A DNA stretch of 52,056 nucleotides, the filler included, from Basidiobolus ranarum (Eukaryota): the NCBI GenBank assembly GCA_040143965.1. It is 3 parts of 3 records of this genome, joined end to end, with 100 filler letters (N's around TTAATTAATTAA, not from the genome) between each part and the next. Parts side by side here need not be neighbours in the genome. Positions count along the whole stretch, not along the records: positions 17,416 to 34,709 come from JASJQH010000309.1; positions 34,810 to 52,056 come from JASJQH010000310.1; 1 more part is not named here. The stretch is one strand, 5' to 3'. The notes beneath the pieces are model-generated. The model ran no database searches. It had not been told where the DNA came from and saw nothing but the letters and a program-made list of their open reading frames with translations. Made by a program: the position numbers and the translations under genes. Positions 22,012 to 35,319 of this stretch are shown here, one piece after another. Every line of letters begins with the position of its first letter. Positions within the stretch are counted from its first letter, which is position 1.

Positions 22012-22515
22012 TTTTGTAAGTTTAATGCAGTATTTATAAGCATCCAGCTTAGTGAACCCTAACCCTAACCTTTTCGTTAATCTGTGCATCGTTTAAGCAA
22101 ATATCAACTGATCATTAAAGTCACCCTGGATATTTGAATATAGTTAAGGGTCAATATGGGTTGCCCTAACCCTAAGTTTATGAAGAGATAGACGTAGCAT
22201 CAAATGTAAACTGTAATCCAATCAAATCCAACTACCAGTTAGTGAAAACGTAGTTAACCTCAGTATGGAAAAGAATATGATTACTAGCGAACATGCCAGA
22301 ACACAGAGACCAAAAATTTCCACCACTCATGATAGAGAGAAAAAAATCCTCATTCAGAAAAAAAAACAAATGTAATTGTGACCCCGAGAAACGGAAATCA
22401 GTTACCTCAGTAAAAGTCATTACCTTTATTACGGTTTACTCATCAAATTCACTGGTTCAGGTCTACGAAGTTCACTTACATCTTTCGTTAACTGTAATTT
22501 TGGAAAGCGACAAAG

Positions 22516-24462
22516 ATGATGCAATCACCAGTTATTGTTATGAGTTAGTTCCTTTCCTTAAAGCGTGTAGTACTTTAGGTTGGAAAACAACCTGATGTAT
22601 AAAGTAGCTTCAACTTACTAACGATAAATCCTATTTTCTTGAAAATAGATACCAACACCCAGAGAGAAACTGGTAGAAAAGCCCAGCTCTCTAACATCAC
22701 TGCTGCTAAGGTACTTGTTTACATCCCCCATTCCCTCCCGATTAAGCAACTGGTTTCTCAAACAATATTGTTTCTCATTAGACTGTAGCTGATGTCATTA
22801 GAACTTGTCTTGGTCCTCGTTCCATGCTCAAGATGCTACTCGACCCTATGGGTGGCATCGTGTTAACCAATGACGGTAACGCCATCCTTCGTGAGGTCGA
22901 GGTTGCCCATCCTGCTGCCAAAAGTATGATCGAACTCAGTCGTACCCAAGATGAAGAAGTTGGTGATGGTACCACTTCAGTTATTATTTTAGGTACGTAA
23001 GCATACTATAGTTAGTACCATAGCTTCACCTTCATTAACCAAAATTCCCATCGTAGCTGGTGAAGTCCTTGCTACTGCTGCTCCTTACTTGGAACGCAAC
23101 ATTCATCCCATTGTCATTATCTCCGCCTTGAAGAAGGCTCTCGAGGATGCTATTGAAATCGTTGACGAAATCAGTCACCCTGTTGATATCAATGATAGTA
23201 AGGAGATGTTGGACCTTATCAAGGCTTCTATTGGTACCAAATTTGTTAGCCGTTGGAGCGATTTGATGTGCAAGTTGGCACTTGATTCCGTTCAAATTGT
23301 TGCCGTTGATGATGAAGGTAGACGTGAGGTCGACATCAAGAGATATGCTAGAATTGAGAAGGTTAGTTTTGATAGGAAATTTCCCGCATTGTTCTTTAGT
23401 AGAGGATTAACATATGTCTGGCCAATTCTCTAGATTCCTGGTGGTGAAATCGAAGAATCCCGTGTTCTTGACGGTGTCATGGTCAACAAGGATGTCACCC
23501 ATCCCAAGATGCGTCGTCGTATTGAAAACCCCAGAGTTGTTTTACTCGATTGCCCTCTTGAATACAAGAAGGGTGAATCCCAAACCAACATTGAAATCAC
23601 CAAGGAGGAAGACTGGAACCGAATTCTTCAAATTGAAGAAGAGCAAATCAAAGCATTGTGTGAGAAAATTATTGAAGTCAAGCCAGACCTTGTCATTACC
23701 GAGAAGGGTGTCTCTGATCTCGCCCAGCATTATCTCCTCAAGGCTGGTATCACTGCTCTCCGTCGTGTTCGTAAGACTGATAACAATCGTATTTCCAGAG
23801 CTACTGGTGCTACCATTGTGAACCGTGTTGATGATTTGAAGGAATCTGATGTCGGTACCCAATGCGGTCTCTTCTCCGTCGATAAGATTGGTGATGAATA
23901 CTTCACTTTCTTGACCGAGTGCCAAAATCCTAAGGCTTGTACTATTCTTCTCCGAGGCCCCTCCAAGGATATTCTCAATGAAATTGAACGTAATCTTCAA
24001 GATGCCATGTGTGTTGCCCGTAACGTTTACTTCAACCCTAACCTCTCTCCCGGTGGTGGTGCTACCGAGATGGCCATTAGTGTCAAGTTGGCCGAGAAGG
24101 CTAAGACTTTGGGAGGTGTTGAGCAATGGCCCTACATGGCCGTTTCCGAGGCCATGGAAGTTATTCCCCGTACTCTCGTCCAAAATTGTGGTGGTAATCC
24201 CATCAAGGTTTTGACTCAATTGAGAGCCAAGCATGCCAACGGAAACCATTCCTGGGGTATTGATGGCCATGCTGGTAAGATCGTCGATATGCTAGAATAT
24301 GGTGTCTGGGAGCCTAATGCTGTCAAGGTCCAAACCATCAAAACCGCCATTGAATCTGCTTGTCTGTTGCTTCGTGTCGATGACATCGTCTCTGGTGTCT
24401 CTAAGAAACAAGGTGGCGGTGGTGGTGCACCTACACCTTCTCCTGAACAAATGGAACAATAA
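22516..24462 (+). CDS. CCT3: T-complex protein 1 subunit gamma (CCT chaperonin), 4 introns
   Basis: MMQSPVIVM|NTNTQRETGRKAQLSNITAAK|TVADVIRTCLGPRSMLKMLLDPMGG...TNDGNAIL...GDGTTSVIIL; LDCPLEYKKGESQTNIEI; ESACLLLRVDDIVSG. Confidence 0.97.
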
Positions 24463-25379
24463 GCTCTATTAATTTCTAATACACTTATTTCCTTTCTTCC
24501 TTTCTGCAAATGTATTTTTTACTAGTTGATTTCATTTCTTGTTTCGCACCCTTATCTTCAAAAACGTACAATAAATAGGCAAGGTCTAATCTAAAGCATA
24601 CACATCTAGGATTGTCGTCATATTGGAACTAGGTCTTGCCAATCACTACCACCAGCTCATTAATTTAGCTACGTAGCGTGCTCGTTTCAAAGTCAAACGG
24701 GTATGCCGAAATGTATTCATGGAGATGAACCCTAGCCCTAACCCTACTGATTGTCGATGATTGACAACAGTAGCTAGTGCTGGCACTAACCTGTCAATCT
24801 ACGTTTCAGGAATAGACGATGTTTGTGTGGCTAATTACTGGCTTAAACCGCAGAGGAAGAAAGAGAGTAAAAGGGATAATAATAGTACAATATAATCACA
24901 ATAATTTCCTTGTATGCAGCATTAAATATGGTCTCAACCTGAAATTCCTTATTACTGTGATTAATCGAGAAAAATGGATATGCATCAGCGGGTCTTACTT
25001 GAAAGCCTTACTGCACTCGAATCTCAATTGTATTTCGATAATTAGTCCGGTTCTTCAGTGATGATTGGAGGGTTACAGCTATTCAACTTCCGATCAATCT
25101 CACTCGGATGGAGTTTGTTGAACTAGAAATAGAAGCGGTTGAAGCGTGGATTGGTATCAATTATTATCTTTTCTAGATCTCCATTTTTATCTTTATTGTA
25201 TCTGACTAGATTCACTACCACTTCCATCTGTCTTTTGCTAGCACTCTTCCCAATACTAGCATACTTATCGTAGCATTCATAGAGTTAGTGATTGTCAATT
25301 TTGCTGCATCAATCTGGCCTAGTGTTCATTAGTACTACCCAAACTACTCCTTTATCAGAACCAGTTGAAACATTCTATC

Positions 25380-28300
25380 ATGGCCAGTTTAAGACGTGGG
25401 AAGACCCTCAGCCGGCCTGATCGTGTTCATGCCCCAACACCCATGTTGAGCGGTCAAGATGAACGCAAATCCTTGAATCCGTGGGTGCTATTCTCCAAGA
25501 TAGTAACCTTCTGGGCTCCAGGGTTTATACTATCCAAGGTCGGTATGCCAGAGAAGGCGAGTCGACAGGCGTGGAGAGAGAAGGTAGCATTGTGTTGGAT
25601 CGTTGCTTTAATCGGCGGGATAGTGGCATTCTTAACATTGGGTCTACCATATGTATTCTGTCCACAAAGTGCGATGGCTAATCTAGAGAATTTCGCACAA
25701 GTGAGCTCCAATATACCAGGTAATATGGAGAATTTCGGGAAACTTTAAAAATTGAAAACTAACTCTAGTGTTATTCAGGTTTGGTCGGTGTTAATGGGTT
25801 CGCTTATTCCACTTTGTCAGCCAAAAGTGATTTGACCAACTTCCCTTCTGGAACGGACTTGAGTGGCCAGTTTCAGCATGGTTCAAATGTTGACTCTTGT
25901 CGCGACCCGTTGATAAGTAATTATCCATCAATTTCGTACAATCCATGTGTTGCTAAAGAGGAGAATCCTGGTTGTCCACTTCCTCCGATTGAAGAGTCCG
26001 CTGGTACTTACAATCTGATCCCAACTGGCAGAAAGTTAGGATACGACTGGACCGACGTTCCCAGCAACTCCTTCGTCATCGATGGAAATGTTCTCAACCT
26101 AACTCCATATATCAAAGCATTCCCCACTCCCATCTCGGAAGATATCGTAGATCAGGCCATTCGGGAAGTTTTAGACAACAAAATCACCGATGCCACCCGT
26201 GTATTCCTTCGTAGACCAGAATTGGTGGCATCGATTCCTTGTATTAGTGGGAAATACTTCGCTGGATCCCTCAGTAAATCTACACCTGGCTGCTTTGGGG
26301 TGAAACTCTTCTTTGTTATCTCCATTGTGATCATTCTGGGAATCGTATTGATTCGTTTCTTTATGGCTGTGTTGTTTGATTGGTTCCTTTCTTTCAAGCT
26401 AGCACGTCCACCTCGTATTCAACCAAAGCATATTGTCGGCTCTAAGTCGGCACCATGGGCCAATCCAAGTGCCAGTACAGAGATCAAGCAGTTCCAGCTT
26501 GATTCTAACGAGTTATTCACCGTACTGTTGGTAACCTGTTACTCGGAAGGAGAAAGCTCTCTAAGATGCACGATAGAGAGTCTTGCCGCTACAGAGTACA
26601 GCGATGATCACAAGTTACTATTTGTGATTGCCGACGGAATCATCACAGGAAGCGGCAATGAGAAGAGCACACCCGATATCTGCGTTGACATGATCGAACT
26701 TGACCCTCTCTACTTGGATCCACCAGCCAAGAGTTACATTGCAGTAGCCTCTGGATCCAAACAGCATAACATGGCCAAGGTGTATGCTGGACATTTTGTT
26801 CACGACGGCCATCGAGTTCCTACCGTGGTGGTAGTAAAGTGTGGAGCACCTGAGGAGCAGGGAAAACCCAAGGCAGGGAATCGGGGTAAACGTGACTCGC
26901 AATTAATTCTGATGAATTTCTTTAGTCGAGTAACGTTCAATGATCGTATGACCCCCCTGGATTATGATTTATTCACCAAGATTCATCATCTTACTGGTGC
27001 CACACCCGACTACTTCGAGATTGTCCTGATGGTGGATGCAGATACCAAAGTTTATCCGGACTCTCTACGGTTACTCACAAACTGTATGATTAATGATCAG
27101 ATGATCATGGGGCTCTGTGGAGAGACAAAGATTGCTAACAAGCGAGACTCCTGGGTGACTGCGATACAGGTGTTTGAGTACTACATTTCTCATCATTTGG
27201 GCAAAGGGTTTGAGTCGATATTCGGTGGTGTCACCTGTCTACCCGGGTGCTTTTGTATGTACCGACTGAAGGCACGCAAAGGAGACAGCGACTGGGTCCC
27301 AATCATTACCAAGCCTGAGATTGTGCAAGAATATTCCCAGAATGACGTGGATACATTACATCAAAAGAACCTTTTATTGCTAGGTGAAGATCGTTTCCTG
27401 ACCACCTTAATGCTAAGAAATTTCCCGAACCGAAAGATGATGTTCATGCCCCAAGCGGTGTGCAAAACCGTGGTACCAGATGAATTTAGCGTGTTACTTT
27501 CACAACGTCGTCGTTGGATTAACTCCACCATTCATAATCTTATGGAGTTAGTATTAGTTCGAAATCTTTGCGGAACCTTTTGCTTCTCAATGCAGTTTGT
27601 GGTGGTGATGGAGCTTATCGGCACTGTCTCACTACCAGTGGCGATCATTATGACCTACGTATTGATATATGCGATTGCAACAACCACATTCACTGACACT
27701 GCTAGTTACTACCCCTTGATCCTATTACTACTTATCCTATTTCTACCGGCCGTGTTGATTCTGGTCACCACGCGTAAATTGATTTATATCGCTTGGATGT
27801 TGGTATACCTTTTAGCATTACCAGTTTGGAATTTCATTCTTCCAGTATACGCTTATTGGCATTTCGATGATTTCTCTTGGGGGGAGACACGCAAGGTAGC
27901 TGGTGAGACTAAAGAAGAAGACCATGGCAAGAAAGATGGTGTATTTGATTCAAGTAAGATTACTTTACGTCGGTGGGAAGATTACGAAAAACGTCGTGTA
28001 CGTCACGATAAATCCCCATACTTTGATCCCAACTTGAACGTACATAAAGCGAATCATCCCAGTAGAATTAGTGCTTATTCACAGGGTGAATTGGACGATA
28101 GTAATTCTGAAAATGGTCTTACTTTAGAAAATCCTCCTATTAAGGAGAAAACCACCTCTTGGTACGCTCAGGAAGAATACCTTCCTGATCATACCAAACC
28201 AGAGATCCTAGAAGGCTTTGATCCGGTGTCTCAACCAACTCATTTTGCCAGAAGAAGTGTTCATCATCCTCAAGACCCCCCTCAGGTAATCCCAATCGCC

Positions 28301-28384
28301 AATCCTTCTGATCCCCAACAAGCTCGCCTTCATGGACCAAGGCCTCAGAAACAGCGAAGAAAGCCACAGTACCAGCAAGAATAG
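25380..28384 (+). CDS. Chitin synthase (division 2, class IV-like), 1 intron ~25720-25778
   Basis: [11 protein letters not shown], cytochrome-b5-like segment, [63 protein letters not shown]. Confidence 0.96.
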
Positions 28385-28740
28385 ACGTATTTGAATTATA
28401 TATATAATTGAACTCATCCATACGATGTATCCGTATCCGTATCCGTAAGTATACCAGTGATAGCTTATTTTATCCTTTGAACACTACAAATCACTACTTC
28501 CCCTTCCCCTTCCTCCTCCTCCCCGTCACCCTTATTATCAATAGAAATTAAAGACATTTACAAAAGCAACGACTACATCAAAAGAGGGGATTTTATTGAT
28601 ATAAATGAATGATAATTGAAGCTTCGGTCAATGTTAAAAAATGAAATGTAACCGACGTGAAGTATAAACATGTGAGAATTGAATTTAGATAGATGATTCA
28701 ACATTATTATTCTGAGTCAACTAAAGGCAGTGTAATGTGA

Positions 28741-30416
28741 TTATTCCGAGTCTTCTGAGGAGCTATCTTCACGTGGAAGCCATCCAGAACTTCTTTCAAC
28801 TGCTCTCTCCCAGTCGTTGATTTGTTTGTCACGGATGGTTCTATCCATGGAAGGTGAGAAGGCGTAAATGTGATCGTTGTTGATGCCCATCAAATCGCTC
28901 TCTTCTTTCCAGAAACCAACTGCTAAACCGGCAGCGAAAGCGGCACCTAAAGCGGTAGTTTCTTTCATCTCGGGGCGTTCAACACGAACTCCAGCAATGT
29001 CAGATTGGAATTGCATACAAAGTTGTGATTTACTCAAACCACCATCAGCCTTGATGACATTGATTTCTTGTCCACTATCCTCGCGCATAGCCTTCAAAAT
29101 GGCGAAGGTTTGGAAGCAAGTAGCTTCATAGGTGGCACGAGCCAAATGGTACTTGTTTGCATATTGGGTTAAACCGAGGATAGCACCACGAGCATCAGAT
29201 CTCCAGTAAGGAGCAAAGAGTCCCGAGAAAGCAGTGACGAAGTATACTCCACCGTTATCCTCAACCTTAGCAGCGAGCTGATCAAGTTCGTGACTACCAG
29301 AAATAATACCAAGATTGTCACGAAGCCAGCGGACAGCAGCGCCAGCGACAGCGATGGATCCTTCAAGAGCGTAGTAAGGCTTAGAACCCTTACCGAACTG
29401 ATAAGCTACAGTAGTGAGGAGACCATGGGTAGATTGGATGGCTTCGTTACCAGTGTTCATCAACATGAAACATCCAGTACCGTAGGTGTTCTTTACATCA
29501 CCAACGTTGAAGCACTTTTGACCGACAAGTGCGGCTTGTTGATCACCGAGGCATCCGGAAATAGGGACACCCTTAAGAGAGCCAGTAGCAACTTCTCCGT
29601 AAATTTCGGATGAAGAAACGATTTCGGGAAGGAAGGTCTTGGAAACACCGAAGGCTTTGCAGAGTTCGTCACTCCATTCCAATTTGTTGACATCCATGAA
29701 CATAGTTCTGCTAGCATTAGTAACATCAGTGATGAAGAGTCCACCATTGACACCACCAGTAAGGTTGTAAATCAACCAAGTATCAACGGTACCAATTCTT
29801 AAAGTACCAGCCTCTGCGGCAGCCTTGACTGCTGGGACTTTGTGTAAAAGCCAGTTAACCTTGACGGCACTGAAGTAGGTGGAAACTGGGAGACCAGTGA
29901 TACTTCTGAAACAGTCATTGGATTTGCTAGGGTGAGCGTCAACGATTTTCTTGACGGTGTCTTTGGTACGAGTATCAGACCAGACTGAGGGAAGAGTTGG
30001 GGATTAGAATGGAATGAAAACTTAAGAAAGATACAGGAAAAGAAAAATTACCAATGGCATTGTGAAGTGGCTTGCCAGTTTCGCTATCCCAAACAAGAGT
30101 GGTTTCTCTTTGGTTGGTAATACCAACACCTTTGATATCTTCAGGATTATAACCCATGGCCTTCATTTTCTTCATGGTCTCCTCTACACAGACAAGGACG
30201 GAGTTGAGAATAACCATAGGATCATGTTCAACCCAACTGTTGAGAGGGAATTAGTAAAGTAACGATTTCAGAACGCGTCAATTGTGCTTACCCAGCATGA
30301 GGGAAATGTTGCTCAAATTCTTCTTGGTGGAAAGTCACAACCTTTCCTTCGTGATCGAAGACGAGGAAACGAGAGGAACTAGTTCCTTGATCAATAGCAC
30401 CAATGAAAGAAGGCAT
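28741..30416 (-). CDS. GUT1: Glycerol kinase (FGGY family), 2 introns
   Basis: [86 protein letters not shown]. Confidence 0.96.
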
Positions 30417-32124
30417 GTTGTAAATGTGTAATGAATTGAGGGATAATTGATTCTGGCCAGTGTGGGGTAGTATTTATATACAAACCTCAATCATCCTCAA
30501 TCAGCAGTTTCTCACAGGAATTCCCATATTTCTATGCCTGATCCCAAATTCAGAAACCAGTGAAAATTTCAAGTGCCTCCTCTCGTGCATCTATGACAAT
30601 TTTGGATATACTACAAGTATAGCTTACCCATGCGTATATATATTATATATATTGTCAGACGGCTATATCGATTTCTATTGTTACTATAAATAAATTACTG
30701 TTGATACCCCGAAATGGATTTTTCATATGAAAGCATGCGAGACATCGTTTGTGGACTTACACCGATGATTTGGTAACTTGCGTTGTGAAATCTTTGTGAA
30801 ATTGGGTGTGAATTGAGCGTGAAATATGCGACATAGGCGGTAAGACACTCAGTTCATTGACAGCCTCACTTGACCATTCCTTCCTCTTACCCTCACCCTC
30901 ACCCGCACCCTATCCACCTATAGAATGATCAAGAGTACGAATATAGTGCAATTACATAATACCAAATATAGTAGAAAGCCAAGATCAACACAATACAAGT
31001 TATTTTACGTTATTTACCTGTGTGAAAGAGTGAGCCATTCGATATTCCCATATAGGAACATTGATGTTTACGGAAGGCTTGAAAGTGGCAGAAAAGCAGT
31101 GTCTTGATGCACTGCACTGTCTGTCAAAGTACATGTGACATCAACTGACAATATTTCGAATTTACGCTTATAAATATTCCTAGGACTAGTTCTAGACACA
31201 GGCTGTGGTCAGATCAATGAGTGGCACTTGTTATCAATAGAGTACTGTTCAACAGAATGGGCTGTAGGTACAAAAGTTCTTCAATACAACTGCTCAACAT
31301 AGAAATGAACACGTATACGTGCCTTCGTGAATCAGCCACAATACCAAGTATTGCTGGGTGTTGCGCCAGGGATGGCTCTCATATTGCGTGGGATACTTTG
31401 AAACACCCAAAGCAATGCTAACTTGAAATAGGTAAAGAGAAAATGAATTTCCCTAAAACAGACGGATTCCAGAAATCCATTCTAAACCACTGATTATACA
31501 AGTTTAAATGGATTCAACCACTATGAACGTATGTCTCATAGATTGCCAACCAAATGCAGATTACAGAAACATGTTGCCCGGATTGTCTTTTGTGTAGCGG
31601 GACTTTGATTGGGATCGTTTACCCCACTCTGGCTTTTCCTTTATTGGCCAGCAAACATTAGAGTGGATTTAGTAAGTTACGTTATACTACAGGATATTCC
31701 CACAGGTAAGGTGCTAAGTAAGGTGACAAAGACTAATTAGTACTTGCGACAGGAAGGACATCCTGTATAGAGTATCCTAAGTGCTAATTACAATTTAGCC
31801 CATAGGGTCCAGTAGCGTCTACTCATCCCACTGTCTTTAACGAAGATAGCCTCAAGGCGGTAAAAGACAATTATAGCTTGCCAAGTTTCCCTATTTAGAT
31901 ATTCTTTATGTTTCAGATGCACTCATGAATCGACCCTAGCTCTTTGTAGATTAACTCCAATCATTAAAGCTATTCTTGTTTCTATTATGCAAGCCCCAGA
32001 TCAAGATTTCAGATTAGACACTAACTAGGTTGGTCGGAGAATATTAGCAACTACAAGGAACGCAAACTACAACGCAAATGGGATTCGAAAGCTCGATAAT
32101 AATGATATGGCTGTTTATTCTAAA

Positions 32125-33682
32125 TCATCGCTTATAATATTTGAGTAGGAAGTCGGCTTGTTTCTGCGTGAATGTATCGTTTTTGATACTACTTCTGATC
32201 TCCTCGAAGAAACGTAAATAATGATGGAAGTTATGAGTCATCAGTAAGACGGAGGCCAACATTTCGTGAGTGTTGAGCAAATGGTGAGTATAGCAACGTG
32301 TATGATTTTGGCAAGCAAAGCATTGGCAGCCTTCAAGGAAAGGACCTTGATCGGTTTTGTTTTTGGGGTCCCAGAGATCATACACAAGTTGTCCGGAATT
32401 TTTATCCTCTTGATTTCCGAATTCAAACATCAAAGCGTGTCCCTTTTCGGTTATAGCGTATGGGAAAGTGGAGTCAAATATGTCAATGCCAAGAGAGATT
32501 CCTCTCAGTACTCCATCTAATGGTTGAATGGGTTAATTATATGATATTCAGTCAACTTGAAAACAGGTAGTACCAGGTGAACTGAAGCCATAGCCAACTC
32601 TTGGCTTATCTCTAGGTAGATGATCAAGAGAAATCTTGAGTAATCTTTCCTGCTCTTCTTCTTCAACATCCAAGCCTCGAACGTCAAGAACATAGCCTAG
32701 AAAGAAATGTGCGGTAATTAGTTGCAGTCCAGTTGGCATCATCTACATCCACGTATCCGAATACGCTACTTACCATCGAGATCTCTCTTGACGACTTCTT
32801 CGACACATCTTTGACGCTCCCGTTCATGCTGAGAACCCAGCAAAACACCAAACAGACTTATATTTTCCTAATAAATGAGTAATTATTACATGTTTCCACA
32901 TCGTCAGACATAGTTTAAAGATGCTTACCTTTTTCTCGGCAATGATTTCGTCTAACCATTTCAAGGATCGATCAACAGATTTCCGTGCACGTTTGGCGGT
33001 AGGATTCTTATCAACTACGATATCAGCTAAGGCTGCGGCAATATCAGGTTTGTATCCATTGATGGTTTTAATGTAATCTTGAGGGGTTATCTAAAACATA
33101 TGGATATTGCGTTTAGTTCTATGACATCATTTTAACTTGACCATCTCGGTAGTATTTGTTGATCGATGCTTACTTTACGGATACCACCATAAGTATTCAC
33201 AGATATGTACTTTTCACCATTGAAAGGTGTTTGTTCCAACTCGGGAGATGGATCCAGAACATCGGTAAACACAAGGTAATCCTAATAGAAAGAATAGGGA
33301 TAAATATTTCTGGTTTTATGATTGACGAGAGTATGCCTATAATACCTCGAGGTTCAAATATTTATGAAGACCAGCCTCGAAATTAACAGAAGGAGGTGGT
33401 AATTCGTCGAATCTAAATATCGAGTAGTTAATATAAATCAAGTTCATTCCTAAATGTAGGTTTTCTATATACTCACAAATGACTTAAAGATATTTGAATT
33501 CCACGATTGGGTAATCCGCGAGCCATATCAGGAGTTAAATGAGGAGTAGCACCACGACGACTGTACATTAAACAACCGGGAGTTTCCATCTGGATCTCGC
33601 CAGCAGGTCTCTTTGTTCCTACTTTTAATAATCCTTCACGTACTCTTCCCTTCTCGCTACTTGGTTCGAAAGAGATAGACAT
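32125..33682 (-). CDS. Queuine tRNA-ribosyltransferase accessory subunit (QTRT2/QTRTD1-like), multi-exon
   Basis: ETPGCLMYSRRGATPHLTPD, YKPDIAAALAD, RARKSVDRSLKWLDE, LPRDKPR, GIDIFDSTFP, and the zinc site CQCFAC...YTHHLL...MLASVLLMTHN. The pattern fits the non-catalytic TGT subunit. Confidence 0.85.
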
Positions 33683-34709
33683 TTTTGGAATTAGGAAACA
33701 AATGTATATAAAAAAGGTTACTTTATCAAGTCTATGAGAGTAATTTAAAAAGCTATATAATAGTTCTTGTGACTAAAAATGGATAATCTCAACTATGATA
33801 GAGATTACTGACACCTTGAAGTATACGTTCCTCTTCTCTATCCAAAATACACTAACACAAGAACCTTTTCTAGTATCATTCAATACTAATTCGAGGGAAA
33901 TTTTTTTTCGATATTCACCTGATTTTTTATACTATCTATATATAAATGCATATATTTATCAAAAAAAAAAAGAATTTACCTCCCAAGCTCACGAAGAGTG
34001 AAAATCAATCGGTGGGCAAATTTCGACATTAGTGTGATTTGAGAAGAAAGCTCAATTGCATATATCACCATGTTTCTTGTAAAATCACTGAATTTTTTTT
34101 TTGACTCGATTTACTCCACACGCCTGAGATCTAATCAACGAATGACTAGCCAAAGGACATTGCAATTCTTCGAAACTGATTATGGAAGAAAGGATAGCTT
34201 CCAAAGCAGTATTTAGCGCAACAGTACATACATATTGATTTATGCTGTCCTTGCGACCACATTGTCCTTGAATTTTTCATCAGATTGTGGGGGCTCAAGA
34301 GTAAAGTTACTCCATTTTCTAATTAGATAGAGACATATGGGGTGACTCGGAAAGATCCTGGGGTTGATCACGTCTAATTTGTTGTGCAGTTTATATAGGC
34401 TGTCTAGTTGTAAAATGATAAATGGTTTCATCTTCTCGCTTTAATTCGTATTTAGAATATCTTTGTTAAAACCGTTAGAGCTGCTACTTTTGCAAACCCC
34501 CTCACTGTAAGAATACCTAGCCAATATTATTCTTTGTCGTCTTTCAGCTCATTATATAGTCCGTAATTAAAAAGAGTAGTTTTACTTTAAATGTAGTAGT
34601 TTGTGGTTATACTACGGAGGCTGCTGTCTCTAGTGATAAACTTGTTTTGAACTTTGTTCTTCTCCATCAGATAATTGCTACTGCTTTCAACTCAAGCAGT
34701 TTAGATATG

Positions 34710-34809
34710 NNNNNNNNNNNNNNNNNNNNNNNNNNNNNNNNNNNNNNNNNNNNTTAATTAATTAANNNNNNNNNNNNNNNNNNNNNNNNNNNNNNNNNNN
34801 NNNNNNNNN
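34710..34809. other. Artificial contig linker/gap
   Basis: 44 N + TTAATTAATTAA (34754-34765) + 44 N. Confidence 0.97.
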
Positions 34810-35319
34810 CTCGTATTCGTTATCTTGTTCATCTTCTTCATATTGACGACCATAACGAGAACGAGGATAGTTTTGCTGACCACGTCTGCCGTTCAAACCT
34901 CTCTCATACTCGTTATCTTGCTCGTCTTCCTCATATTGACGACCATAACGAGAACGTGGATAGTTCTGTTGACCACGTCTTCCATTGAAACCTCTCTCGT
35001 ATTCGTTATCTTGTTCATCTTCTTCATACTGACGACCATAACGAGAACGAGGATAGTTTTGTTCACCACGTCTTCCGGTTAATCCTCTCTCATATTGGTT
35101 ATCTTGTTCTTCATATTGACGACCATAACGCGAGCGAGGATAGTTTTGTTGGCCACGTTCTCCATTCAAACCTCTTTCGTATTGGTTTTCTTGTTCATCT
35201 TCATATTGACGACCATAACGAGAGTGAGGATAGTTTTGTTCACCACGTCTTCTGGTCAATCCTCTCTCGTATTCATTGTTCTGTTGGTTACGTTCTCCAG
35301 ATTGTTGGTTGTTGGTCAT
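34810..35319 (-). CDS. Uncharacterised hydrophilic tandem-repeat protein (29-31-aa unit ERGLNGRRGQQNYPRSRYGRQYEEDEQDNEY), 3' end lost in gap
   Basis: ATG at 35319 in AAAATG context, CTATAAAA ~80 nt upstream (35400-35407, minus strand). Five complete units with only in-frame indels and many synonymous differences. The ORF runs into the gap. Confidence 0.8.

Noticed and set aside
23414-24509. Long alternative-frame and antisense ORFs over CCT3 (similar ones over glycerol kinase, kinesin, RPS23 and the NRPS)
   Set aside because: Expected shadows of strongly codon-biased genes; no independent motifs.
30420-32120. Gene in the glycerol kinase-QTRT2 spacer
   Set aside because: Only short ORFs and scattered splice-like motifs; no coherent model.
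34810-35290. CRISPR-like or Kex2-processed (KEP/dikaritin) interpretation of the ~93-bp repeats
   Set aside because: There are no unique spacers and the context is eukaryotic. There is also no signal peptide and no KR sites, so it does not fit a classical secreted KEP precursor.
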